Of a DNA stretch of 64,000 nucleotides, positions 28,380-41,131 are shown in pieces; the first letter of the stretch is position 1; each line of letters begins with the position of its first letter. The notes beneath the pieces are model-generated. The model ran no database searches. It was not told the DNA's origin and saw only the letters and a list, made by a program, of their open reading frames with translations. A program made the position numbers and the translations under genes. Source of the stretch: Dicyema japonicum (Eukaryota > Animalia > Dicyemida); assembly GCA_011109175.1 (NCBI GenBank), contig RDEW01000051.1:180685-244684 (forward strand), given 5' to 3'.

Positions 28380-29800
28380 TATATGGAAGAGTAGGTTACC
28401 ACTTACCCACGTGGTCAATTAGTCGAGGTGGTGACGCCGATTTAACAAGTGTACTCAGCTTAAAGGCTGAGATATTTGCGACCGCATTCACTGCTTTACG
28501 TTGTCACTACTCATTCTGTCTCTCCAAATCCCGATTCTGCCGAATGGAGGGAACTTAGGAGATACTCAGCCCTCCGAGATCGTTTCTCTTACTCCCAATT
28601 ACTTTCGAAACTTCAGGAGTTGTCGGAAGAATTGTTAGTCATCAACCAAATTGGGAATGCAACCGCAACTCAGAGAACCCCGCACGTAGGGACTGTGGTT
28701 CTCGGTCGTCCACGGAGCGACAGAAGCAAATAGGTCCACTCTAGTACGTGTCCAAAGAAGCTCCATCTAGCTTCCACATAACATGTGACCCCTAATTCAG
28801 GAAGCAGTAATGGGAGAAAAAATTCACGACGATAGGAAGACGTCTCGTTTTCTCGGCTTAAACCTCGGAAATTCAAGGATTCAATTCGTTTTCATCGTGA
28901 ATTTGTAATTACATGTGATTTGAGCAAATCAAAGTAAAAAATTCCACTTCTCTTAGTAAAAGTCCTTCCAACCATACAAGTCTATTAAATACTCAGTTGT
29001 AGAAACCCCCAAAAGTCGAGTGAGGGAGAAGAATGATCCTCATTCAAACAATAGTGGTAGGAATCGAACCCTTTATTATAAGCATGATATTCAAACCACT
29101 CTGAGAATAACGTAGCACAATTGTCTCCAGACGAAACCTTTACGGGTCCCTGGGTTGTAATTACTATTGAAGTAACTCCAATAGGCCAGCTAGTGCTCCA
29201 CTATTCTCCTAGGGTTTCGTCATAGTCAGGAGTACATATCCATTGATTATATCTATCCCCCATGATAGGCATGGAGTCTTCCAAGATAACGTTCCCCATT
29301 CATGAACCAATTGTCTTGAACTTCAAAACTCGTCAAAGCATCTAGTCTTTGATAATTGTTTTTGTTGTTTTAAACATCAGGAGTCACTTGAAGCAGATCA
29401 CTGACCCTGCTGATTGCGTTGGATCGCTATTGAGAGATGAAAAAGTACAAGGGAGAAAGAAGCTGGCTTATTGAGCGCATTTCCTTACAAAACATCAGGG
29501 AAAATGCGTTTGAAGGAACTTTTAGTAATCGCGGCCAGTCTTTCGGTACTCAAGTCCTGACATTCTGACGCATTTAGTTAATTTATTAACCCCTGAACCA
29601 CAAGAAAGAGGATAAGAGATATCGTCTAAAATAATTTATCCAAGTCTCCATATAAGGCCTTCCCTGGAATCACTTATTAATTTCCACAAAGGAGATTTGT
29701 TCCAACATATTGGTCAGGCTTCCAGATTTTAAGTGTAGAAAAATAGTGTAAGCCAACTAAATCAATGAGATCACATATAAGACCACAGAGGGGAACCACC
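28380..29800 (-). mobile_element. RTE-type LINE 3' region remnant
   Basis: ARWSFFGHVLE...LRGRPRTT matches the RTE C-terminal RWFGHV...RGRPR motif. ERYLGR lies further upstream. Confidence 0.55.
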
Positions 29801-29879
29801 ACGCCTTACTGATTAACAACACCCAATTAATATTTAAAATTAAATTCAAAATAAAGTAAAATTTAACAAATACATAAAA

Positions 29880-31194
29880 TTATTTAACACTCCTCACAAT
29901 TTCTTCGACTTGAGCATCATCTGGCATTTTATAATTATTCAATTTCCACAGATTCTTTAGTTTGGCAACCAGGTAATTGATTTGCTTGCCTTTAAACCCT
30001 CTTTCTTTCAGTTTTTCAACAGGAAATGAAAAATGGGGGACAGTCCACTCAGTAATCCTGTTCGCCTTCTCAGTGAGACCCGTGTACAGCCCCAACTGGG
30101 AAATCATATGGTGATATTTCTTCACAGGGTATCTCCTGTCCACGAGAAGATCTTGAATCTGTTTGTAGTCAATATCTTCAAACACGTGTCTATACTCCAC
30201 TATAAACTCAGACAAATGTTTGCATTCATTCGACATTTTAGCTCGAAGTTGGAACATGTTTACGTCACTTAACGTGGGTAGAAGGGACGATATAAATGTC
30301 CCAAAATTCACATCCCCCACGTTACACAGGTAGTGCTCATAAAAGCGATAAAACTCGGTTAGATCCTGCTCAGGCAACCCCAAGTAGGGAAACAGCCGGC
30401 AGCGATTCATGCACGTGACCACGTGGCTCAGATTGACGGGGTCTCCCCCATAAAACAACTTCTCCAGCTCTGAGAGGATCCTTGGCCCAGAAATATCTTG
30501 AATTAGAACACCACAAACTTGCTAGTCCTTCACAATTATCAATGATCGCTTCCAAGGTTCCATCCACGTGCTCACAGGACTTGGAAATCCTCGCAAAGAA
30601 CCTGAAGTATCTCAGAATTCTCAGATAGTCCTCCTGAATCCGTTTTTCTGGATTGTTCACGAACCTCACTACGCGGTTCTTTACATCCCCAATCCCATTG
30701 AAGTAATCGATCACGTGGCCGTCAAAGTCTGAAGTTGAACAATCACGTGGATTACCCATAAAGATTGAATTCACTGTCAAGTCCCTCCTTCCAGCGTCCT
30801 CTTCCCAGTTCTCGGTGAATCTCACCTTAGCCCGTCTACCGTCAGTGATCTCATCCACTCTGAGGGTGGTCACTTCATAGTTCTAGAATAACCACGTGAC
30901 TAACTTCCCCGTCTAATCTTGCTGTGACAGTACCATGAGAAAGGCCGTTGGAGTTGATCATTCTTATTTGATTCGACTCAAACATGGCTGTCATCTCGGT
31001 GGGGGTGGCATCAGTGGCCAAGTCAAAATCTTTGGGAGTTATGCCCATGAGGATGTCTCGAACGGCCCCACCAGCTATTCTCAGTTCAAATTCGTTTGAT
31101 CTTCATTAGAAGCATATCAATACTTGAATAGTTCTGCCAGTTTTAATATTCCACTAGAAAGCATTGGTCTAAGGAAATCGGGGGAAAACTTCAT
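29880..31194 (-). CDS. TRNT1: CCA tRNA nucleotidyltransferase
   Basis: [49 protein letters not shown] and [15 protein letters not shown]. Introns of 23, 22 and 22 nt. Confidence 0.96.
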
Positions 31195-31333
31195 TCACCA
31201 CAAGATACAACAGAGTTTATTCGAAGCAAATAAATTTAAATAGTGTTTTTTATTAATAATAAAATATTTAAACAATTAAATTTAAATTATTATTATTAAA
31301 AATATAAAATGATTGACAAGTTTTATTATTCAA

Positions 31334-31500
31334 ATATAAATCTCTGCCGGGTGGCATAGTGGTTAGGTTTCGGGCCTAAGTGACTTAGCCACGACTCCGT
31401 GAAAAAAGCCGTTATTATTATATAAATCTCTGATTACAGTAAGTGCGTCGTGCGTCGGCACTCGGGGGATGAGGCGGCTGCTCTACCTTCGTTTGTTTTT
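31334..31500 (+). ncRNA. Candidate small structured RNA or tRNA-derived element
   Basis: Pol III A-box-like TGGCATAGTGG and similarity to the 5' half of tRNA-Glu. 9-bp stem GTGGTTAGG/CTTAGCCAC. 13-bp direct repeats atataaatctctg at 31334 and 31420. No cloverleaf. Confidence 0.25.
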
Positions 31501-32042
31501 GTCGGTGATTCTTAGTTTTTAAATTAAAATCTCAGATTAATTTATTTATCGGTTGAGGTGGTTCTGGCTGAACGTATGATGACATCGGATCTGAAGGTCT
31601 ATTGAACCGTTATTCAATAATCCCTTAGCTTCCTCAACTGTCGTCTTTATCTACTCGGTTCTTCGAGTTGTCCTCCTAATTCTACTGCCTCAGTGTCTAA
31701 ATGACCGAGTAAATGAAGTCTTTTATGCAGACTTTAGCAGATATTGAAATTAGTCCAGTTGACTAAGCGAGTGATTGGCCGACGGTTGAGAGGGGATGTA
31801 ACTTTGGTTCTCTCCCTGCCTCCATCTAGTACACTCAATTTTTTCATCTCCTCAAGCTGGATATAACCTCTCCTTTGATCACAGGAAACACAGATAAGCT
31901 AACTTTCGGTTACAAGTCAGCATCTACCACCAATGCCTGAGTTTAAACCCCGGCGAGCACACTCAGAGGAACTCGGATAAGTCTGGATGGGGGACAACAA
32001 GTAAGCATTATTATATAGCAAAACGATGACAAATTACGTCCA

Positions 32043-33006
32043 CTAATTCTCGTTTTTGACGAAAACTTTTGGACGCGAAAAAATCTTGATGGCGTCGTTG
32101 ATTTCACTGAGTTTACCGTTGAGGGCTGATCTTTCGTTTTTCACCCGCAGGGTATCACTCGCTATTGGAAGCTTGGAGAGCTTTTCGATAGTCGAAGCCT
32201 CGGCTATTTTAGAGAATTTATTTTTACCTTCCTTCAAAAGTTGGAGGGTCTTTGCTCTCTCAGTCTCAGGCATTAGGCGATGATTTTTTGGCATTGCCGG
32301 GTCGGGGAGCTCTGCGATTCGACGCTGCTCTTGAATTTGCTTTTCTTCCTTCATTTTTATCAAACTTTGTTCAAATTTGGGCTTACTATTGGGGGACCTC
32401 TCCCTTTTTGCACATTTTATCGGCCTTTTTATCATTGGTGGGGAAATCTGTAGCATTTCTTGCAGATCCGGCGCCTGCCGAACAAATAGAACGGTTGGAC
32501 CTCGAAGACATCAATTCTCTGTTCATTTTGACAAAATCACAGTTCATTCGTTTTAAATTTAACTGAAATTGAAATCCAAATTCGACTTTGGTGGATAACT
32601 CCAAGGCTGTGGGAACTGTCAGTTTCCTCGGATTCACAAAGACCATATCGTCCCCCTTGTTTGGAGTAGGAATAAACCCAGTCCGAGAATGTGCCCGCAG
32701 ATAATTCTTCGACCTCTCTAAATTGCTAGTCCCAGGATCTCCCGTTCGGTTAAACTTGAGTCTGAGATATTGTTACCCTAGATTGGATATTTTGGAATTT
32801 TTTCATCTTCCAAAGAGGCTGTTCTAATAGCATGTGGTTTCTCTCCCGTTTTTCGTCTTTCACGGCGTATTCTAACTTTTTGATGTTTCTAGCGTTCATC
32901 CTTAAGAAATTCGTGGCTGAATCCGGGATGCTGCGAATAATAAATAAATCGAACCATAAACTCTCCTTCCTTCTGGGTTTACACGTATTCCAACAATGTC
33001 GAACAT
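32043..33006 (-). CDS. ENKD1: Enkurin domain-containing protein 1
   Basis: LWKMKKFQNIQSR, KKGEVP, and an enkurin domain PDPAMPKNHRLMPETERAKTLQLL...KLSEINDAIKIFSRPKVFVK. Confidence 0.82.
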
Positions 33007-33199
33007 TAGTATCTAAGAGATAATTTTAAATATCATTAAAATGCTTTTTTGTATTTAAATTTTTTAAATAATAAATAATTATATTTTGAATTTTTTACAA
33101 AAAGATTTATACGTAGTTTTTTTTTATAAAGAACGGGTGTACGAAATGAGTGTAAGAGAGGGACGCCACCACCTCAACCAGAAGACTAAAGAGCAATGA

Positions 33200-33895
33200 A
33201 GCCTCAGTAGTCTGTGGAGGCTGGCATCGAACATGAGAGGGTGGGAGAGACTAGTATCGAGGATCATGGAGACGAGGCATGAATAGAATTATAGTTTATA
33301 TGTTGTTGCTCATATTAAAGGGGGATCCTACCTACACTCGGTATAGAGTTCACATTCTTTCAACCATTCTGGAAACTGAGGTCACTCTTCCGCCATTCGG
33401 TTTCTACTAATACTTTCAAAAACGATTTCTTCTCATTCTAGATGCGTCTGACTGATCTCTATGAGTGTCCACCTTTGGTTATTACTTTCCTTTTAACCAT
33501 CGGATTCCTTCACGTTGTTCATCTGCAATGTGATGTCTCAAGTTCCCGGAGACCTTGCTGCCTACTCACCTATCCACTCCATGACCAAATCGAACCAAAG
33601 GAGGATTGTTAGCAACACAACATCTTAACCACCGAGCTACTCATAAAACGAATGCTACCATTTATTTTATTCAACAACCCAAGACCACGGTAAAACCAAA
33701 CTATTTATCACGTGATCCCGATGTATTCTAACAGCGACCTCATCTATGCCCGGTGTTCTTCCCTCGTCCTCGCGCATAAACGAACAGGCTAAGACACTGA
33801 TTTTTTCAAGGCCACATTCCCTGGAATCTAGTCTCATAAGGGCTTCCAGAGGCGTCGGACCGGTTCGGTCAAAATTCAAGAGTATTAATGACGAT
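33200..33895 (-). mobile_element. LINE fragment homologous to 7.1-7.75 kb
   Basis: caacccaagaccacggtaaaacc-aacta-ttatcacgtgat...tattctaacagcgacctcatc is near-identical to 7601-7670. Confidence 0.55.
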
Positions 33896-33899
33896 GCAC

Positions 33900-34948
33900 A
33901 ACAACAACCCCGCCCCAATAAAACCCCTGCTTGGGGCACCCTCTATATATGGGGCACTTTTTTAAAAAGTTCATTTTATTTTTATTTAATTTCCAACCAA
34001 TAAATAATAATAAATAAAAATCATCAACCTCGCTTATTGGGGCATTTTTATTAAATAAAAATTTTATTTATTATTTTAAATTATATCATTTTTAAACGAT
34101 GCTAAAAAAGCTTTCTTGTGCCTTGAAACAAAAAAATTTGAAAACTTAGCAACAATGTCCTAAAGGGAACAGTATCTATAATAAAAATGGAGACTATACA
34201 AGGATTCTGCAAACCCTATTACCGAGAAAGTCTTATGTAAAAACTATGAATCAGATTTTTCATCAAAACTCGATCGTCTAGTTTTTGAAGTTTTCAGAAA
34301 CTTGAAGCTAGTTGAAATTTCCGGATATTTAGTTAAAAACATTGGCAGAACTATCAGGGTCGGATAAATTTTAAAGGCCCAAATAGATGGCTCGACCGTT
34401 TTAAGAAGTGCCATTAACTATCTTTTAAAGCAATTTCTGGTGAAAGAATTCCTGCTAAAAAAATTTAATTAAAAAATTTACGAGTTTTTGAGCACGTTTC
34501 AAATAGAAGATATTTTTAATTGTGATCTCCGATATGCCTTAAAATATAAGAAATTTTGGAGACTCATATTTCAAATTTAATAGACATCCAATTTAGTGGA
34601 ATTTATAATAGCACACAATTATATGATGGGTGATGAAATTGCTTTAAAGACACAATAAATATAATGAATAGTCTTGAAAACTCATTATTTAATGTTTTTT
34701 CTTTAGCACTGAGAATATTATGATTTCATACTAAACGTTGTCAAGAAATTACTGAAAAATACAACATTGGGGGAATTTATGATTACTTTTTTAATTAATA
34801 AATAAAATGTTTTTTTTATTTTTAACATAATATTTAATATAAAAATTAAAAATAGTATTGAAAAAATGGATAAATTATCTTACTCTCTATATTTGTGGCA
34901 CCCTCTGTATTTTGGGGCGCTTTTTCATTGGGGAGGAGTTGAACTGTA
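33900..34948 (+). mobile_element. Decayed pogo/Tigger DNA transposon
   Basis: NRWLDRFKKCH*LSFKAISGE and DIFNCD transposase motifs. Right end gaactg-TA. Imperfect TIR caaccccgccccaataaaa versus caactcctccccaatgaaaa; subterminal direct repeats ggcaccctct-tat-tggggc. Confidence 0.65.
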
Positions 34949-35042
34949 ATTTTATATTTATTATTTTAGAAAATATTTAAATATTTATTTATAATTTAAA
35001 AAAATAAATAAATTTTAACACTGCCTTATAAATACCGTCTTT

Positions 35043-35690
35043 ATGTACGGAGATGAGCCTAAAAATAGGAAAACAACGAAAAAATGCAAACAAATTTGCG
35101 AAAATGCTTACAACATGGAAGGAATGTTTGATATTTCGTCCTACAAAGTCCCGTTTGATTAATGCTGTTATTTTAGAAAAAATTTGTCCTTAGAAATTTC
35201 ACGTGGAAAAGACCTTGACGAAGTTGCCATTAAATCGTTATTTTGCCTCCTAAAGGACAACATGCGAGACATGTTTGTGGGAGTTCCTTCGGTTGGAACG
35301 ACAACGAAAAGATCTCTGAGCTCAAAAGCAGAAGAGCGTTACTCATAATCATAAAGGAGTCGCAAAGCAGTAAAACCGTTGGATTTCTTCATTTTCGTTT
35401 CGTCACGGAAGAACGGGAGGCCATTTCTTACTGCTACGATATTCAGGTTTCAAAGGGAAGTCAGGGATTGGGGGTTGGCTCTTTCATGTTAGATGTTTTG
35501 GTGGAAATCTCCAAAAGGTTTAATGCTGTAATTATTCAGGGCTTTAGTGGACAAAGTCACGTGTACCATTTTCCGTAGTAATCACTCATCTTTGGGTTTT
35601 TTCAAGAAACATAACTTTGGGATGGACTGGAATTGTCCGACTGATGATCTGTGTGATTATTTTATTTTCTCCCATTATTTGAAGTTATAA
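35043..35690 (+). CDS. NAA40: N-alpha-acetyltransferase 40 (histone H4/H2A NAT)
   Basis: LLKDNMRDM, FGWNDNEKISEL, VGFLHFRFVTEE, YCYDIQV, QGLGVGSFML and KVTCTIFRSN. Introns of 24 and 22 nt; one G-run frameshift. Confidence 0.87.
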
Positions 35691-36915
35691 ATGCTAATAC
35701 CTCTGTTTTGGGGGATGGTCTTCCAAGTTCGTTCAATTGTGGGCTGACCGGATTAGAATCCGGGTTTTACTGTATCCAGAACTTCTTTGTTCAAAGCTAC
35801 TGGTTTCTGATGCCTCATGGTCAGTCACCTCGTCATGCCCACGAGAAGAGGGAAGACATGGGCTTTCAGCAATCATGAAGCGATGTAGACATTTTGTGCG
35901 GTATTTATCTAAACATAGACTGAGTCATTCTGCACCACGTGGATATTCCTGACTGATCTCTGGAAACGTCCACCTTTGATTGTTACTTTTCTGTCTCACA
36001 TCTAAAGCAAATATCGTTAATCTCCTTTTCAGCATAACTGCACGTGGTTGCATGTCAATTTCGTTAGTCGCCAGGTCATTTTGTGGATGGGAAGATTGTC
36101 TCGTGTGTAATTGCTAAATCACTGGACGATAAAACGGTGGAAAGAAATGACTACCATTAAACAGTTTGGAGACCATAATTCATCTAATCGATCCAGGGTA
36201 CCAAGTAAACTGTGATCCCGCATTTATTCGTCCAGAGGAACACCAAGCCAATTTGATAGCTCTGTTTGGAGATGCCGGGATCACATAGTCATCCAGTTCT
36301 GGTCTTTACTTATGGTCTTTTGAAACACCCCCATCCATTCTACTCCTCATACCGAACAGGTCAATTTTTGCACGTGCTTCATTTATTTTAGCGCAATTAG
36401 AGAGTATCGTGGACTAGTAATAGTCGTCTTGGTAATTTTTGAGTAAAGATCTCAGTAAAATTGTCAATTTATGAGAAAAGTTCATATCTGAAACTTTGCG
36501 CATCCGATAAGTCTTAATTTGTCCATTCATTTTATTTCATTCATGTTAGAAGATGGGGGAAACATAGTTCAGACAATCCGACCCCAGAAATTTCCAATTC
36601 TGAGGTTATTCCTTCAAGATCTACTTTTGATGTCCCCACCTTCCTAGGTTATTGAGTAGGGTTGGCTGTACGCACATATTCTATGGAAGCATCCTGAGAT
36701 TCACTTGCTTCCCACGTGTCCAAATGTTCCACATCTCTTTCAGTGCACAAGACACCAGCATGAGTACTCGTGGACTTGTCGATCTATGAGAGCAATCGGA
36801 ATTTACCGCGTCTACTTATCCCCCTGCAAGTTAGTGAAGTCGGGGTAGTGACGTCAGGGGGGTCAAAAGTTAGAATTACTAAGCCCACGTGATTTAAAGA
36901 AAACTTGGGAAAATA

Positions 36916-38558
36916 TTACACAAAAGTTAGTAAATTAAACAACAGAAGTCTTGGGGCTCCTTTTCGCGCTTCGAGCGACTTGGGGACGAAGAAAGACAAA
37001 ATAATCAGACACAAATAAAAAAATGCGATAAATTCGAAGGAAATCAGAGACCCAAAGACCTTCCCAATACTCAAGTCACATTTGAGGGATGCTGCGTATA
37101 TGCTTTCAAACATCACGGGGGCGATGGATCTGCAATATTTCCCAATCAAACCTGAAGAGGCACGACAGCGACAATCCGATTCCATTCACGGTCCCCACAT
37201 CCTTCACATCCGCAGCGTTGTTGAGAATCAGTCCAATTGGACCGAACATCATGACGTTGTTCGATTTTATCAGAATATTCGACGTACATGAACACTGTGC
37301 TCCCATACGAGGATCTGCGTAAAGCACAAATTACACATTTTCGTCAAAATGATGTAACTGAGTGGGATTGAGGCGATCAGGGGGAGAGCGAGCATGTTGA
37401 CATACTTAATGACCTTAAGATCAGACAGTTACCAAACCCAGATGATCCCAAATCTGGACATTAACTGAGTGAAGACGAAGATGGTCAGGAATATCCCTGG
37501 GATGGAGCAGAACGTGATGAAATTCCCAATGGCTTTCGCGGAAAACCCGAGTCCCCCGGATTGAACTTCCGTGGAAAGGTATAGAATCAGCAATTCGTCA
37601 ACTCCAATGGAGCATAGCGAAAAGAGCAAGTAGATCCCCAACGAAATGATGACCTTTTTGGATCTATTTCAGTAAACTCAAAAAGTGACCTCATTATGCG
37701 TGCAAAAGCCCTGAGAGTCGACTCCTTCGCTGAATATTTGGCGGGTTCTTTCATTTCAATGCTGGTGGTCAGGCGTATTCTGTTGAAACCTCAAAATACT
37801 TTCTTTTGAGGGATTTTTCGAAGACGTAAACAGAGGTTACGTTTATTCCGATGAAGGCGGTCACCACGAGGGAGCACAGGAAGTAGGGGTATCGCATGAA
37901 AAACGAAGTCTTGAACACGTTCGGGTACAATTTGGCTGGATTTTGCAAATATCCTTAATGGGGTAACAACCACGTGATACCGCCAACCATGGACCCCAAA
38001 ATGGTCCCGACATAGACTCCAATCATGTGGAAGAGCATTCCTATGGACTGGTTTTCGTTTGTGCATAAATCGTAGACTATCGCTTTGCTCAACAAAGCGG
38101 TCCCTTCAATCACGGAAAAATAAACCGGAAACGAGACCAATTAACAGCTTCATGCAAATCGTGAAGTACAGATCGATCGTAAGCCCGAAAATGAGCGTGA
38201 ATAGGCCACTCATGGTTAGGCAGACCATCAGAACACGGTATTTGCTCATTTTGTCTGCAAGTCTACCAATTATGACACTAAAGCTTATCCCCAATAGTTT
38301 ACCTCCCAAAAATTCGTCCCCCGTAAAATGCCGTTTGGACAAGGCCGGCGTAGTACCCCTTTTCGTACTCCGAATAGCCGAAAAACTGGAAAATCACTAA
38401 ACCCCAACTCTAATCATTTCGGGGATAAATGGCTGGGAGAAAAGCGCGAGAAGACTGGTGGTGATCTTATCTAATCAAATCCAGGGTACCATGTTCATAG
38501 TAATCACGGTGATTGCTGAAATTGACAACTTTGTGGGGTCATACTCCAGATTTTTCAT
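36916..38558 (-). CDS. ZIFL/YCR023C-like MFS transporter, copy 1
   Basis: PFIPEMIRFFGYSEYEKGYYAGLVQTAFYGGRIFGSFSVIIGRLADKMSK (motif A) and later LYLSTEVQSGGLGFSAKAIG. Introns of 24, 23 and 19 nt mapped. Exact C-terminus is ambiguous because of a G-run length difference between copies. Confidence 0.85.
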
Positions 38559-39299
38559 GATTCTCAAAATAACTGTCGACGTTGTACAATCTACAACTTA
38601 AATAGACTTAACCGCAATAATCACTTAAATATCACGTGAACATACGGTGACTCATATCTTTCGTTAACGACATTGATCTACATTTAAGACTCCCATTAAT
38701 GTGACTGTTTCTATTTTAGTTGAAGAGCCTCCCCCGATGATTGAATCATTAATTCCTTATACTTCACTAAATCCTAATCAATTTAAATCGATACTGGCTA
38801 TTGATCTTTGCCCACAATTGCTGAGTGTTGCCTCTCGTGGTAGCGAGGGAGATCAAATGGGAGAGCTTATGGTGTTTACTTTGGTGAAGCCTTGAATGCC
38901 ACGTGACCTCTTTCACGTGACCCTTAGTAATTCAGCAGCCTGGTATCTATTTATGACTCCCTTTTGTGCAACTAATTCATTTCTTGTCCACGTGGTCTGT
39001 GGGTGATCTGTTTCTTCCAACTTTTATGAGCGCCAACACTATCAGCTGGACGCTTGAGGGCAGCCAACCCCCTCCAAGGATCCTCGTCTTTATTAGACCA
39101 TTAGCCGAAAATACTTCCTATATTTTTGTAGGTCAGCCTTTATTTGGGGATGTGTAAGACCTCGCCAGGACGTCCACCAACTTGGATATTTTTTTGATGT
39201 GATCTCTCATCATTGCGTCATGCCTGGTAAGAAAAATTCTTGGAAACGGAAAAGGGTTAATTAGTCGACATTAGAATAGAAAAAAATATGAAGAGACGT

Positions 39300-39950
39300 T
39301 CACATCACAAAAAAGTCTCCGTAAATAACATGTTTAACAAACCCCACATGAATGTGAAGACCACCAATCAGAGATAAACCATCCGACTGATATTTGAAAG
39401 CACGGGTTTTAGCTGCTACGTTCATGTTGGCCACATGTTTTTCACTTAAAGGTATCGAAGGAAAATAAATGTCGATTGAACAGAGTTAAGTGTCACAAGA
39501 ACAACTCATCGATGCTCTAAAACGTTCCGTAAAACTGACACGAGAATTCTAATGAAGTCTAATTTAAAATATAAATGAGGCAACGTCGTCTTCTCTAAGA
39601 CTGAAATAGCTAATGAAAGGGAAGCGCATTATGGAAATGCTTCAGTATGCTAGTCACATGGGCACGCATGATTTTGTTCGGTTTTTTTAAGATTGACCAA
39701 AACATTGCAGAAAATTTCATCACAGAGAACTACGTCGCAGCACGTCCACGTTCAGTGCTTCCTGAAATTTTTAATGAGGATCTGAAACTGGTGAAGAAAG
39801 CAATGAGCAACAGCAAAGACCCTAGTGATCTGAAAAGTCTGGCGTTAAACAGAGGAGGGCGGAAGAGAGGAAGAGCAAACTAATCAAAGCGAGGTACATC
39901 AGAATTAAACGTCTCTATGCTAGCTTGCTTTCACGAAGAAGCAAAGACAA
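39300..39950 (+). mobile_element. Probable RTE LINE tail remnant
   Basis: AARPRSVLPEIFNEDLK...LKSLALNRGG resembles the RTE terminal GRPR...EDLK...LAxDR motif. Confidence 0.3.
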
Positions 39951-40067
39951 AGTTCAGCAGCACCATCCCGCGTCCGTGGTACTCCATTGCACAACCTCTG
40001 CCCAAGCGCCTAATTATTAAGGATCACCAGGCACATATAACAAGAATAAATCGTAAAAAATGAAAAA

Positions 40068-41059
40068 TCAGTCAATTCTGATCTTCCGGGCAATCAAACC
40101 CGGTAGCAGATGCTTAATATAGACTGCGAGCCGATGTTTCAGGGTCCGATGAGAATGTGGGAATCGTTTTGATCACTGATAGCCTTCACAATCTCCCTGG
40201 CCACGTATTCAGGCTCCATTCCAGCATTGGTGTTGGGATCCTCCCCTAAGATAGCTTAAAACCAATACTTTGATTTATGGACCCATCGGGGAGCATCGCA
40301 TTGTGAGAAATGGGAGTTCTCACGTAGCCGGGACAAATCACGGAAACTTTTATTCCATTCCTGCCCTCCTCAGCCCTCAGAGCATCCAAAAACGCCTCAA
40401 AAGCAAACTTGGAGGCCGCATCTGGTTACATAGTAAAAATACAGGGTCCCCTCTCCGGGATTGATATCTTCCCCTGTATACTGCTGATTCCGACTACTTG
40501 GGCTCCCCCATTGCTTATCATTTTCGAGAGCAAACCTTAGGAATTAAAAGTGGATGACTTTTAATGAAGAGGACGTTCGAAAAGAAGTTCACGTTCATGA
40601 GGTGACGATAAACGTCCACGTGTGTTGACTGAACTGTCGATTTGCGACACGTGAGTCCTGCATTGCAGATTAAAACGTCAATTTTTCCACGTGTCTTTTC
40701 TATGATCTCTTTTGAGGCAGACACTGTCTCCTCTTCGTTGGAAAGATCAAAAAAGAGGCACTCGGGCTCCAAAAAGGTCTCATTTCCAATTTTAGTGCAG
40801 TCATCCTTGGTCTTGTTCAACATCTCCCTGTTTCTTCCACACAAAATTAAATTTGCCCCTTTTGTGGTTCAATGGCACATGCTTGCATCGTGATAAAAAG
40901 CTACCTCGCCCAATCCCCGAGCTGGCCCCTGTGATTACCACGTTCAAATTCTTGAGTGATCTCGTCGATTTGGAGCGAATAAGGCGATACAAAATCATCA
41001 GTAAAAAATTAGCACAAATAATCTCAACTCTAAAGTAAACCCAGCAAAGCGTACATCAT
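40068..41059 (-). CDS. DHRS7B: Short-chain dehydrogenase/reductase, DHRS7B-like
   Basis: VVITGASSGIG, IDVLICNAGL, HVDVYRHLMNVNFF and GMEPEYVAREIVKAI. The C-terminal frame is restored by the extra G seen in the amplicon copy. Confidence 0.75.
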
Positions 41060-41131
41060 TAAATTTGAATTTATTTACTTTAAAATTTAAATTAATTTTA
41101 AAATTAAAATTTATTTTTTAAAACTTTTATC
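41060..41131. promoter_or_regulatory. AT-rich bidirectional promoter between DHRS7B and RMND1
   Basis: About 72 bp, almost entirely A/T, separating two divergent inferred start codons. Confidence 0.6.

Noticed and set aside
29059-29076. Extra tRNA genes at B-box-like sequences (29059 ggaatcgaaccc; 19991 ggaattcgaactc)
   Set aside because: No A box or cloverleaf can be built around them.
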